The notes under the pieces: model-generated
Database searches by the model: none
The model's input: only the letters and a program-made list of their open reading frames with translations
What the model was told of the DNA's origin: nothing
Shown here: positions 1 to 11,170 of the stretch, piece after piece
Layout of the letters: each line of letters starts with the position of its first letter
Position numbering within the stretch: the stretch's first letter is position 1
Made by a program: the position numbers and the translations under genes
From: Squalus acanthias
Lineage: Eukaryota
Length of the DNA stretch: 64,000 nucleotides
Reading direction: 5' to 3'
Assembly (NCBI GenBank): GCA_030390025.1
Contig: CM059432.1
Location: forward strand, 930,001 to 994,000

Positions 1-9
1 AGAAAAAGC

Positions 10-176
10 ATGATGCGGAGATGCCGGTGTTGGACTGGGGTGGACAAAAGTAAGAAGTCGCACAACACCAGGTTATAGTCCAACAGCTTTATTTGAAATC
101 ACAAGCTTTTGGAGCGGTGCTCCTTCGTCAGGTGAAGTGCTTGTGATTTCAAATAAAGCTGTTGGACTATAACCTG
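10..176 (-). mobile_element. Penelope-like terminal remnant with a perfect 38-bp inverted repeat
   Basis: arms 69-106 and 139-176 are exact reverse complements; the spacer holds a hammerhead-like core on the minus strand. Confidence 0.6.
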
Positions 177-1010
177 ATAGAAAAAGCAAACCAAGCACTA
201 GGGTTTATTTCTAAAGGGATAGAATTGAAAAGTGAAGAAGTTATGCTAACCTTGTATCGAACCCTGGTTAGACCACACTTGGAGTACTGCGTGCAATTCT
301 GGTCGCCATATTATAAAAAGGATATAGAGGCACTGGAGAGGGTGCAAAAAAGATTTATAAGGATGATACCAGAAATGCGAGGGTATACATATCAGGAAAG
401 GATGAACAGGCTGGGTCTCTTTTCGCTTGAAAAGAGAAGGCTGAGGGGTGACCTAATAGAGGTCTTTAAAATTATGAAAGGTTTTGATAGAGTGGATATA
501 GAGAGAATGTTTCCCCTTGTGGGGAAGAGCAAAACTAGGGGCCATCAATATAAGATAGTCACCAAGAAATCAAATCGGGAATTCAGGAGAAACTTCTTTA
601 CCCAGAGAGTGGTGAGAATGTGGAACTCGCTACCACAGGGAGTGGTTGAGGCGAATAGTATGGATGCATTTAAGGGGAAGCTGGACAAACATATGAGGGA
701 GAAGGGAATAAAGGGTTATGCTGATAGAACAACAACAACAACTTGTATTTATATAGCGCCTTTAACATAGTAAAACGTCCCAAGGTGCTTCACAGGAGTA
801 TTATAAGACAAAAAATTTGACACCGAGCCACATAAGGGGAAATTAGGACAGATGACCAAAAGCTTGGTCAAAGAGGTAGGTTTTAAGGAGCATCTTAAAA
901 GAGTTAGATGAGGAAAGACGGGAGGAGGCTCAAGTGGAGCATAAACGCCGGCATGGACTGGTTGGGCCGAATGGCCTGTTTCTGTGCCGTATATCCTATG
1001 TAATCCTATA
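177..1010 (+). mobile_element. CR1 LINE 3' fragment interrupted by an L2 tail (727-900, minus)
   Basis: ORF 162-770 has [15 protein letters not shown] and RRLRGDLIEVFK, the CR1 ORF2 C-terminus. Confidence 0.9.
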
Positions 1011-1179
1011 TATGTGATATTTAGCAGTGAATACATCTGATATAATTCAATATTGATTATTTGATATCAATAGTTTTAAGTTGTCAATGAGGATTACTCA
1101 TTCAGTTTCAATAAACCTAATAAAATCATACTTTAACGCTCATATTTAAATAACTACTAAAAATGCTAAGTACTACAGA

Positions 1180-2190
1180 TCATAGAATTACATAGAATTC
1201 ACTGCACAGGCCATTCAACCCCAACTGGTCTGTGCTGGTGTTTATGCTCGACACGAGCCTCGTCCCACCCCACTTCATCTCACCCTATCAGCATAACCTT
1301 CAATTCCTTTCTCCCTCATGTGTTTATCTAGCTTCCCCTTAAATGCATCTACGCTATTCGCCTCAACCACTCCCTGTGGTAGCGAGTTCCACATTCTCAC
1401 CACTCTCTGGGTAAAGAAGTTTCTCCTGAATTCTTTAGTGACTATCTTATATTTATGGCCCCTAGTTTTGGACTCCCCCACAGGCGAGAACATTTTCTCT
1501 ACGTCTATCCTATCGCACCCTATCATAATTTTAATGACCTCTATATGGTCACCCCTCAGCCTCCCCTTTTGTAGAGAAAAGAGCCCCAGCCTGTTCAATC
1601 TTTCCTGATAATTGTAAAATCTCAATTCCGGTTTCATCCTTGTAGATATTTTTTGCACGTTCTCCAGTGCCTCCATATCCTTTTTGTAATATGGAGACCA
1701 GAACTGTGCACAGTACAATGTTCATCTAGTAATATAATTTGACTCGAATTTACCTGGGCCAGATCCTTCCTCAATTCGTTGATATCAGCCCTTCTCCAGT
1801 TAAGTATTTTTAGCCTAGATTGCTCCTTGTCCTTCTTCATAACTATTCTAAATCTTATGATACTATGATCACTATTCCCGTGGGGCAGGAAACATACTGA
1901 TCAAGAAAGCTCTCCTGAATACACTTCAGAGATTCCTCCTCCTATCTGCCCTTAACACAATCACTGTCCCATTCAATATTGGGGTAGTTAAAGTCTCCCA
2001 TTATCACTACTCTATAGTTCAAGCACCTCTCAGTAATTGCCCTGAAAATCTGCTCCTCTCTTTCCCTCCCACTATTTGGTGGTCTATAAAATACACCAAG
2101 TAGTGCACTAGCTCCTCTATTGTTTCTTAACTCCAACCAAATAGATTCTGTCTTTGACCCCCTCAAGGACATTCTCTCTCTCTGGCACTG
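1180..2190 (-). mobile_element. CR1 LINE fragments (3' end joined to an endonuclease region)
   Basis: ORFs 1275-1718 and 1942-2241 (GVFYRPP, MGDFNYP APE-endonuclease motifs). Confidence 0.88.
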
Positions 2191-2334
2191 AGCAGAATCC
2201 AGATACTTTGCCACACGAACGGAGGAAAATCGGCGGAACATGATTCAGACCCATCACTAAAGCTTTTGTGTGATATGGAGACACCAGGAAAAGGAAGAGG
2301 ATAAAAATATCAATACTTTTTTTTTAATAACTTT

Positions 2335-2910
2335 TCAGAAGAGCAAGGAAGTTATGTTAAACCTTTATAAATCACTGATTAGGCCCCAGCTGGAGTATTG
2401 TGTCCAATTCTGGACACCGCACAATAGGAAGGATATCAAGGCCTTGGAGAGAGTGCAGAGGAGATTTACTAGAATGGTACCAGGGATGAGGGACTACAGT
2501 TATGTGGAGAGACTGGAGAAACTGTTCTCCTTAGAGCAAAGAAGGTTAAGTGGAGATTTAATCATGAAGGATTTTGATTGAGTAAATAGGGAGAAACTAT
2601 TTCCAGTGGCAGGAGGGTCGGTAACCAGAGGACACAGATTTAAGGTAATTGGCAAAAGAACCAGAGGGGAGATGAGGATTTTTTTTACGCAGAGAGTTGT
2701 TGTGATCTGGAACGCGCTGCCTGAAAGGGCGGTGGAAGCAGATTCAATAGTAACTTTCAAAAGGGGAATTAGATAAATACTTGAAAAGGAAAAATGTGCA
2801 GGGCTATGGGGGAAAGGGCAGGGGGAGTGGGACTAATTGGAGAGCTCTATCAAAGAGCCAGCACAGGCACGATGGGCTGAATGGCCTTCCATGCTGTATC
2901 GTTCTATGAA
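2335..2910 (+). mobile_element. CR1 LINE 3' fragment
   Basis: [11 protein letters not shown] motif and CR1-type 3' UTR. Confidence 0.88.
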
Positions 2911-3014
2911 GAGATCCTTTTACATCAATATGCTGCTGTCATTTCTAACTGAGAGTGAATGAAGATCTGAAGTAAGCTCAACCCAGGTTCCGTTTTTTTT
3001 TCTCCATATTGCAG

Positions 3015-3067
3015 AATGTCGCTGTAGTGCAATCGGTACAATTAGCGGGATTGGAGAATGCAATCAG
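3015..3067 (+). CDS. LAMA3: Laminin alpha-3 exon A (LE repeat): ECRCSAIGTISGIGECNQ
   Basis: ttgcag|AATG...CAG|gtgagc; 53 nt, phase 1->0; resembles recalled human LAMA3 ECKCHKAGTVSGTGECRQ. Confidence 0.9.
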
Positions 3068-3172
3068 GTGAGCATACAGAAGAAATTGCAGGATTAGCAA
3101 GTCCATGAGCAGTAACAGTAGTTGCACAGTAAGGTTTTGTTTTCCGTTTAAACTGTGACCTTAATGTTTTAG

Positions 3173-3278
3173 GATGATGGCCATTGCTACTGTAAGTCTA
3201 ACGTATGCGGTGAGCTCTGTGATTGGTGTAAGGAAGGACATTATGCCTTAGAAGAGAGGAACTACTTTGGTTGTCAAG
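3173..3278 (+). CDS. LAMA3: LAMA3 exon B: DDGHCYCKSNVCGELCDWCKEGHYALEERNYFGCQ
   Basis: ttttag|GAT...CAAG|gtgagc; 106 nt, phase 0->1; laminin EGF cysteine pattern; NYFGCQG is LAMA3-like. Confidence 0.93.
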
Positions 3279-3436
3279 GTGAGCCAAAATATTAACAGTA
3301 AAGACTGGACCAACCTAAATATTTATTTTTGTGATATAATACGTGATGCCTTGCCATATTCATCCTCAAAATACAGGGCAACCCAGAACAAACCGAGAAG
3401 TCCCCCTGGAATTTCACTAGGGCTTGTTTATAGTCG

Positions 3437-4200
3437 ACATCATCTGAAAACACAGCGTCAGTTTCCACATGTACACTGACGACACCCAGCTCTACCTCAC
3501 CACCACCTCTCTCGTCCCCTCCACTGTCTCTGTATTGTTACATGGCTTGTCCGACATCCAGTACTGGATGAGCAGAAATTTCCTCCCAACTAAATATTGG
3601 GAAGACCGAAGCCGTTGTCTTCAGTCCCCGCCACGAACTCCGTTCCCTAGCCACCGACTGCATCCCTCTCCCTGGCAACTGTCTAAGGCTGAACCACACG
3701 GTTCGCAAACCTTGGTGTCATATTTGATCCCGAGATGAGCTTCTGACCTCATATCCGTTCCATCACCAAGGCCGCCTACTTCCACCTCCGTAACATCGTC
3801 CGACTCCACCCCTGCCTTATCTCATCTGCTGCTGAAACCCTCATCTATGCCTTTGTTACCTCCAGACTTGACTATGCCAACGCTCTCTTGGCCAGCCTCC
3901 CATCTACCAATTCTGCGCTCCACCAATTCAGGCCTCTTGCGCATTCCTGATTTTAATTGCTCCACCTTTGGCGGCCGTGCCTTCAGCTGAAAAGGCCCTA
4001 AGCTCTGGAATTCCCTCCCTAAACCTCTCCGCCTCTCTACCTCTCTCTCCTCCTTTAAGACACTCCTTAGAACCTACTTTTGTCCAAGCTTTTGGTCACC
4101 TGTCCTAATATCTCCTTGTGTTGCTTGGTGTCCAACTTTGTTTGATAATGCTCTTGGGAAGTGCCTTGGGTCGTTTTACTATGTTAAAGGTGCTATGTAG
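3437..4200 (+). mobile_element. L2 LINE 3' fragment
   Basis: MYTDDTQLYL (degenerate YADDTQLY RT motif); tail aaaggtgctat. Confidence 0.8.
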
Positions 4201-4356
4201 TTAAAATTGCTCGGCCATTATGGCAGACTCCTGCTCTAACTCCAGTTGATGTCTGGAAGACCAACAGCAAACTCTACTGAGACCTGGAAACACTGGATGG
4301 CTGGAGTTTCAACTCTCCCCTGTAAGGGACAGAATCATATCTGGATCCTCCATCAC

Positions 4357-4489
4357 CAACGTTCCCTATAAGCTGTGCGGCTGCACAGCTCTCTGCCGGT
4401 CCCATGCAGCCCGGGTCCGGCTTTTCCTAATGGGCTGCGCAGCCCGTTAAAGGGGCCGTGCACCCAAAAAAAAATTACAGGGAACATTG
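4357..4489. mobile_element. hAT-type MITE (133 bp)
   Basis: TIRs CAACGTTCCCT / AGGGAACATTG; 8-bp TSD tccatcac / tccatcag. Confidence 0.75.
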
Positions 4490-4799
4490 TCCATCAGCCC
4501 CATACCTGGGCATGTTCTGTCTCTCTTTATCTTGCACCCTCTCCTGAACTCACCGTTCCTCCGATTCAACTACCCCACCATTGAGAGCCTGTCTTCAGGT
4601 GCACAGGCTCACGCTTTGGAATTCTTTCCATAAACCCTCTCTGCCTCTTCAGCTCCTTCTCCCCCTCCTTTAAAACTCTTCATAAAACCCACTCCTTATC
4701 ACTCCTACATTGGCTCAGCATCTATTTTTTAAGATTACCTATGAAGCGGCTTGGGATATTTTTCTACGTTAAAGGTACCATACAAATGAAAGTTATTAT

Positions 4800-5360
4800 T
4801 GTAACTGCAAGAGCACGGCAGTAACTGGGGACTCTGCGATGGTTGGCTCACCTCTTGACCCCTCAAAGCTAATCCCTCGTCAGGAGTGTGATGGAATACT
4901 CACCATTCACCTGGTTGGGGGCAACCACAACAACACTGAAGAATCTTGACTCCACCCAGGACAGAGCAGTTCGCTTGATTGGCGCCCCTGCCATTGGGCT
5001 CAATATCCAACACTTCCATCACCTGTGCAATGAGGCTGCAGTGTGTACTATCTACAGGAGCCACAGCAGCAACTCACCGAGCTTACTTCGATAGCACCTC
5101 CCTCCCCTGCGACCTCTGCCACTAAGAGCAGCAGTGTCATGGGGAATACCATCTCCGCCAGGTTCCCCTCCAAATCACACACCATCCCGACTTGGGCAGA
5201 TATCGCCGTTCCTTCAATGTCACTGAGTCAATATCCTGGAATTCCCTACCTAACACCATTGTGGGAGCACCTTCGCCACAAGGATTGCGGCAGTTCGAGG
5301 AGAACGTCCGCCACCACTTCCACAGGGCAACTGGGATGGGCAACAAATATGCTCTTGCCA
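4800..5360 (+). mobile_element. 3' fragment of a second CR1-group (L2B/Crack-like) LINE family
   Basis: MEYSPFTW...LDSTQDRAVRLIG peptide; the same 3' end recurs on the minus strand at about 17205, 25400, 35418 and 53330. Confidence 0.7.
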
Positions 5361-5682
5361 GTGTCAGCCGTGACTCAGTTGGTAGCCTTTGAGTCAGAGT
5401 TCATGGGTTCAAGCCCCACTCCAGAGACTTGAGAACAAGATGTCGGCTGACATTCCAGTGCAGTACTGAGGGAGCGCTGCACTGCCTGAGGTGCCGTCTT
5501 TCGGATGAGACGTTAAACCGAGGCCCCATCTGCCCTCTCAGGTGGACGTAAAAGATCCCACAGCACTATTGCGAATAGGGACAGGGGAATTTTCCTGGCC
5601 AATGTTTATCCCTCAACCAACATCATTAAAAAACAGATTATCTGGTCATGGTCGCATTGCTGTTTGTGGGATCTTGCTGTGT
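5361..5682 (+). mobile_element. tRNA-derived SINE (Deu-domain/SacSINE1-like), 3' truncated
   Basis: A box tgactcagttgg, B box ggttcaagccc; body matches the full copy at 44747. Confidence 0.8.
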
Positions 5683-5721
5683 TAGAGACTTAACAAGTTT
5701 TTAAGCAAGTGCTGTTACATC

Positions 5722-5835
5722 TAATGAAATGTCATCTCTGTTTCTCTCTCCACAGATGCTGCCTGACCTGCTGAGTGTTTCCAGCATTTTCTGTTTTTAT
5801 TTCACATTTCCAGCATCCGCAGCATTTTGCTTTTG
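5722..5835 (+). mobile_element. Penelope-like short remnant
   Basis: acagatgctgcctgacctgctgag...ttttgcttttg; reverse copies at 29674-29744 and about 44540-44605. Confidence 0.55.
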
Positions 5836-5915
5836 TTAAAAAAATACTGGGATTGCAGTATTTGAAGATGCTTCAAATGATAACTTCTTACTCTTTCCTC
5901 TCATTCTACTGACAG

Positions 5916-6015
5916 GCTGCCAGTGTGACATCGGGGGCTCTGCAAATCTGACCTGCAGTGTGTCGTCAGGGACCTGCCATTGTAGACCAAATGTAGAGGG
6001 ACGCACTTGCAACCA
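5916..6015 (+). CDS. LAMA3: LAMA3 exon C: GCQCDIGGSANLTCSVSSGTCHCRPNVEGRTCNQ
   Basis: polypyrimidine tract + gacag|GC...CA|gtaag; 100 nt, phase 1->2. Confidence 0.93.
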
Positions 6016-6219
6016 GTAAGAAACCAATCCACTGTTCTCTGTACTTAATATGTGTGTGGGGGTTTGAAAACCCGGAACAAAACATCTAAAATTCAAGTTA
6101 TTTTTTGTTGTTGTGCCCCTTCACTTTTTCAGTCCTCCTCTGTGAGACTCAACTCCCATTGCTGTTAGAAATAAGGAATAGTTTAAAAGAAAGATATAAC
6201 AGAGCCTCCATAAAATTGA

Positions 6220-6765
6220 GCTCATCCAAAACTCCTGTCCTAACTCGCGCCAAGTCCCGTTCACCCATCACCCCCTGTGCTCGCTGACCCACATTGGCTC
6301 CCAGTTAAGCAACGCCTCGATTTTAAAATTCTCATCCTTGTTTTCAAATCCCTCTGTGGCCTCGCCCCCCTCCCTATCTCTGTAATCTCCTCCAGCCCCA
6401 CAACCCTCCGAGAACACAAGAACATAAGAAATAGGAGCAGGAGTAGGCCATTTGGCCCTTCGAGCCATCAAGATATCTGCACGCCTCTAATTCTGGCCTC
6501 TTGCGCATCCCCGATTTACTTCGCTCCGCCATTGGTGGCCGTGCCTTCAGCTGCCTGGGCCCCGAGCTCGGGAATTCCCTCCCTAAACCTCTCCGCTTCT
6601 CCATCTCTCTTTCCTCCTTTAAAACGCTCCTTAAAACTTACCTGATCTGCTCTTATTTCTCCTTCTGTGGCTCGGTGTCAAATTTTGCTTGATAACGCTC
6701 CTGTGTAGCGCCCTGGGACGTTTTACCACGTTAAAGGTGTTATAGAAATACAAGTTGTTGTTGTT
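6220..6765 (+). mobile_element. L2 LINE 3' fragment with a tiny CR1 tail inserted (about 6415-6466)
   Basis: HWLPVKQRLDFKILILVFKSL motif; (gtt)n tail. Confidence 0.82.
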
Positions 6766-6995
6766 TTTGTTACCTATCATCAACCGCCAAATATATAAAT
6801 CATGAGCTTCGACAGGGGATTTTCTGAGTGAATGCTGGTAGCCCTGAGCCTCACCTAATCGATGACGCGCTGCTTGTCATTTTCCAACATGTGCTTAGTG
6901 GCAGGTGAGGTTTCTTCATTATCTTAGAAAATTACTAACCATCATCCATTTGAATTAACGCCAATTTCCAAGTTGCCAGTTGCAGGGTCTTACGC

Positions 6996-7531
6996 GCGGA
7001 GCAGTCCCGTGCAATAAAGTTTTAAGTAGGTTCACGGCCTCCCAGGCCGCCTGCCTTTTCTGCGGCCTGGAGGAGTCCATGTTCCATGTATCTGTGGAGT
7101 GTGAGAGGTTGCAGCCCCTCTTCCACTATTTGAAGGGGCTGCTCCTCGAATTTTGGCTGCACTTCAGTCCCACGCTCCTGATCTTTGGTCACCTGGTGTG
7201 GAGGGGAGCGGGCAGATCGGGGGACCTCCTCGTGGGACTGCTCCTGGGCCTGGCCAAAGTGGCCATCAATAGGTCCAGGCAGCGGGCGGTCGAGGGGGTT
7301 GTTCGGCCCGATTGCCTGCCTCTCTTCCGCGGCCACGTTCATGCCTGGGTGGCCCTGGAGATGGAGCACGCGGTGTCCGCCAGCACGCTCAAGGTCTTCC
7401 GCGACCAGTGGGCACCGCGGGGACTGGAGTGCATCATCACCACCGGCAATGGAATTTTAATTTTAATTGATTAAGTTTCCTTTAATGTTTTAAGTTACAG
7501 TTTATTTGTTTACTGCATCGCCAAAAGAGTA
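6996..7531 (+). mobile_element. 5'-truncated L1/Tx1-clade non-LTR element
   Basis: CLFCGLEESMFHVSVEC zinc knuckle of the ORF2 C-terminus; exact 13-bp TSD cagggtcttacgc at 6983-6995 and 7532-7544. Confidence 0.82.
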
Positions 7532-7827
7532 CAGGGTCTTACGCACTCCGTTTATTTCGGGCAGGAACAGCTGTGCTTACTCACGAGTCTGCACCTCTGA
7601 ATGTTAAAGTAAAATTGCCATCCCCATATTGTAGCAGTAATACTAATTAAGCAGTTTTGACAGCCAAGAAATCCTCCCCAGTGTGTGCAACAGCTGTGCC
7701 CAATAGCAATACACTCAGTGCAAGCTAATAGAGAATCCAATTAATTAAAATTTGATGTTTTAAAAGTGTCACCTGAAGAGAGGCATTGACAACAACTGTG
7801 GATGTATTTAATCCCACATTTATAGAG

Positions 7828-8097
7828 GCCCTCTCGGGTGATTGCTAACGATCCCATGGCACTAGCTGAAGAAGAGCAGGGGAGTTCTCCCCGGTGTCCT
7901 GGGCCAATATTTATCCCTCAGCCAACATGACTAAAACAGATTATCTGGTAATTATCACATTGCTGTTTGTGGGATCTTGCTCTGCGCAAATTGGCTGCCA
8001 CATTTCCTACATTACAACAGTGACTGCACTTAATTCGGCCGTAAAGCGCTTTGGGACATCCTGTGGTCGTGAAAGGCACTATAGAAATGCAAGTCTT
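7828..8097 (+). mobile_element. Deu-type SINE 3' part
   Basis: gatcccatggcact...ccccggtgtcctgg core and L2-like tail. Confidence 0.78.
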
Positions 8098-8184
8098 TAT
8101 GGAGAAATACTATTAAATAAATTGTAACTTTTGCATGACGATGTCATTTGCACTGAGACTAAACTATCTAACCTGTATTTGAAG

Positions 8185-8341
8185 GCCACGGAGGGACCAC
8201 TATTTCCCAGATCTTCACCATTTGAAGTATGAGATTGAAGATGGCACCACACCCAATGGAAGAGCCGTTCGCTTTGGTTTTGATCCACAGGAGTTCCTGA
8301 ACTTCAGCTGGAGGGGCTATGCACAACTGTCAACAGTGCAA
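8185..8341 (+). CDS. LAMA3: LAMA3 exon [53 protein letters not shown]
   Basis: gaag|G...CAA|gtatgt; 157 nt, phase 2->0; KYEIEDGxTPNGR and FSWRGYAQ motifs of alpha3/alpha5 laminins. Confidence 0.95.
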
Positions 8342-8346
8342 GTATG

Positions 8347-8872
8347 TGATCAAAGAGTCTGGGGAAAGGAGGGTCTGGGGAAAGGAGGGTCTGGGGAAAG
8401 GAGAGTCTGGTGATCAAAGAGTCTGGAGAAAGGAGAGTCTGGTGATCAAAGAGTCCGGGGAGAGGAGGGTCCGGGGAGAGGAGGGTCCGGGGAGAGGCGG
8501 GTCCGGGGAGAGGCGGGTCCGGGGAGAGGCGGGTCCGGGGAGAGGAGGGTCCGGGGAGAGGAGGGTCCGGGGAGAGGAGGGTCCGGGGAGAGGCGGGTCC
8601 GGGGAGAGGAGGGTCCGGGGAGAGGAGGGTCCGGGGAGAGGAGGGTCCGGGGAGAGGTGGGTCCGGGGAGAGGAGGGTCCGGGGAGAGGAGGGTCCGGGG
8701 AGAGGAGGGTCCGGGGAGAGGAGGGTCCGGGGAGAGGCGGGTCCGGGGAGAGGCGGGTCCGGGGAGAGGCGGGTCCGGGGAGAGGCGGGTCCGGGGAGAG
8801 GAGGGTCCGGGGAGAGGCGGGTCCGGGGAGAGGCGGGTCCGGGGAGAGGCGGGTCCGGGGAGAGGCGGGTCT
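8347..8872 (+). repeat. G-rich 16-bp minisatellite (GGGTCCGGGGAGAGGM)n
   Basis: about 26 near-perfect units at 8453-8871, preceded by degenerate units. Confidence 0.95.
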
Positions 8873-9929
8873 GACTCTTTCAAATATGCTGGAAGGAGCT
8901 TCATAAACATGTTTACCGTGGCTAAATTTGTACGATGCAAACCTTTTGCCCATTTAAAGAGATTAAAAGAAAATATGTACCAATAAGTTTGAAAAGATAA
9001 TTAGAAACATATATGTTTTCCAGCATTTAATAAATAAAAATTCTTGCAATTTTTAAAGTTAGATGGCAATTGGATTAATTGAGAAAATAAGGTACTAGAT
9101 GCTCATGGGAGGGAGTTTAGGGGTGTGTTTGCATGATTTACTGTTTGTGCCGAGCTTGTGCTCGATGGTAAGATTATTGACGGGATAAGTGCGTGCGTGG
9201 GCTCTATTTTCATGGCAGTTGCACAATTCAGGAAAATTAAACCCCACTCCAAAATCATCAGTTTTTGTAGTAAAAGTAACCGGCCCAGTTTTCGCGGAGC
9301 CAGGCAAAAGTTGAGCAGGTTGACATTCCAGTTATATCCCAGTGATTGAATTTGTTTTGATCACAATCTGAGTTCAACGTAAGGCAACACGAAAGCCGCT
9401 TGTAAATCAGACGACAATGTGACTCCCCACACGCTGAGATGCTGCCATGTTATGTGGGCCGTAGAGAGGATTGTTTGTTCTTTTATGTTGGGTAAGTACA
9501 GATATTTTCCCTCTTCCCCAGGCGGGCGGTTTGTTTATTTAATTATATAACGTTTTATGATTTCAGTTGCAGGAGTCCTTTGTTAAAATATTACGATTGT
9601 CTTCTAGTCACTTGGCTATGCCGCTCTACTTGTTCTCAGACGCAGCAAGCAGCATTTCTGTTTATGCGGCTGACAGCCCATTTCTCTTTCTCTGCGCCTT
9701 CCATTTAAGCTTGGTTTTTCCTTCACGAGAGTACTTTTCCAATGTCACGCTCCCTCTCTAATGTCCCGGGTGAACCATTGTCTTTAGGGGAAAATTATTG
9801 CTGGAGAGTGACTCTATGAATAGACATTATTGGGGGCGAATTTCCATGGGAGTTCTCCCAACTCCTTAACACCATTTTCCTGAGGTTTTCGTGGCTCTTC
9901 CTCCAAAGTTACGGCATGCAAGCACCGGG

Positions 9930-10308
9930 ACATAGGAACAGGAGTGGGCCATTCAGCCCCTCGAGCCTGTTACGACATTTAGATCATGGCTGATCTGTAT
10001 CTTAACTCCATTTACTTGCCTTGGTTCCGTAACCCTTAATACCCTTGCCTAACAAAAATCTATCAATCTCAGTATTGAAATTTTCAATTGACAGGGCCGT
10101 GCACCCAAAAAAAATTAAGAGTGAACATTGGTTCTGCCCCCTTGTTCTGGACTCCCCCACCAGAGGAAATAGTTTCTCTCTATCTACTCTATCAAATCCT
10201 TTAATCACCTTAAACATCTCGATTAGATCATCCCTTAATCTTCTATATTCAAGGGAATACAGGCCTAGTCTATGCAATCTGTCCTCGTAATTTAACCCTT
10301 TTAGCCCA
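9930..10308 (-). mobile_element. CR1 3' fragment containing one hAT MITE end (about 10093-10129)
   Basis: ORF 10002-10355 RRLRDDLIEMFK; embedded gtgcacccaaaaaaaatt...gaacattg. Confidence 0.8.
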
Positions 10309-10796
10309 GAGGGCGAACCCTTACGGGAATTTGCCAGCATTATTTTGTGGGTCATATTCCATTCTTTCTAATGGTGGTTTAGTACTGGAATAACCTTTCT
10401 GTGATATTCTATATTAGATATTCACAGTCAGACTCCACGAGAATACAGTTGTGACCCGTATATAAGTAATGTATGTTTGCAGGTAGTCCCCTGGTATATT
10501 ATGAGAATTCAACTTTTCACACTATAAAGAGCTCACCAATTGTAAGTTATCGTATAACAAACTTGGTGTAATCCTCTGCAATATTGTAATTTAGGTTTTG
10601 AATTGAGCTTGTTATGTATTTTTAAATCTTTTTGGTCAGATAACTCTGCTGCTGACTCGCTAAGGTTTGGGGTTAACAGATCAGACAACGCTATTGGTTG
10701 CTTTGTGGTGTGCGAGTGCTAGCTAGGGTGATTCTTCTGCTGTTGGTGGAGTTCAGGTTTTCCCTTATTCTCCTTTGAATGCTTTTTTCTTCCCAG

Positions 10797-10935
10797 CCAG
10801 AGGTGGTCATGTCTATCACTGTGACTTCTCCTAATCTGTTTCGCATAATCTTCCGTTACAAGAACCGTACCCCAAAGCCTGTTAGAGGAAGGATCTCAAT
10901 CACTGAGGAAGTAAATGTTGATTCTTGCTGTGACT
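10797..10935 (+). CDS. LAMA3: Alternative exon E1 (LAMA5-like): PEVVMSITVTSPNLFRIIFRYKNRTPKPVRGRISITEEVNVDSCCD
   Basis: ttttttcttcccag|CCA...GACT|gtaagt; 139 nt, phase 0->1, open frame; aligns by eye with recalled LAMA5 [25 protein letters not shown]...GRVSVREE. Confidence 0.82.
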
Positions 10936-11170
10936 GTAAGTGGCTTTCATTTCTGCACCTAGTTTGTCCACCATCTTTCCCTACTCTTAACATACCAACC
11001 TCCGACCCTTATTTATCTGTACGAGGGGATTCCCTTTGACTTTGAAGGATCTCCCTATAACTGGCTGGTCTTTATTCTGCATGAGCTCCCTCGACTAGCA
11101 CTAGCACTGCTGCTAACTCTGCTTCTAGATCACCCCACCAGTCATGTGTTAATTAACTTCACTTTTACAG

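Noticed and set aside
8319..8986. Four long Gly/Arg- or Pro-rich ORFs, or a CRISPR-like array
   Set aside because: Stop-free readings of a 16-bp tandem repeat; no unique spacers; eukaryotic intron.
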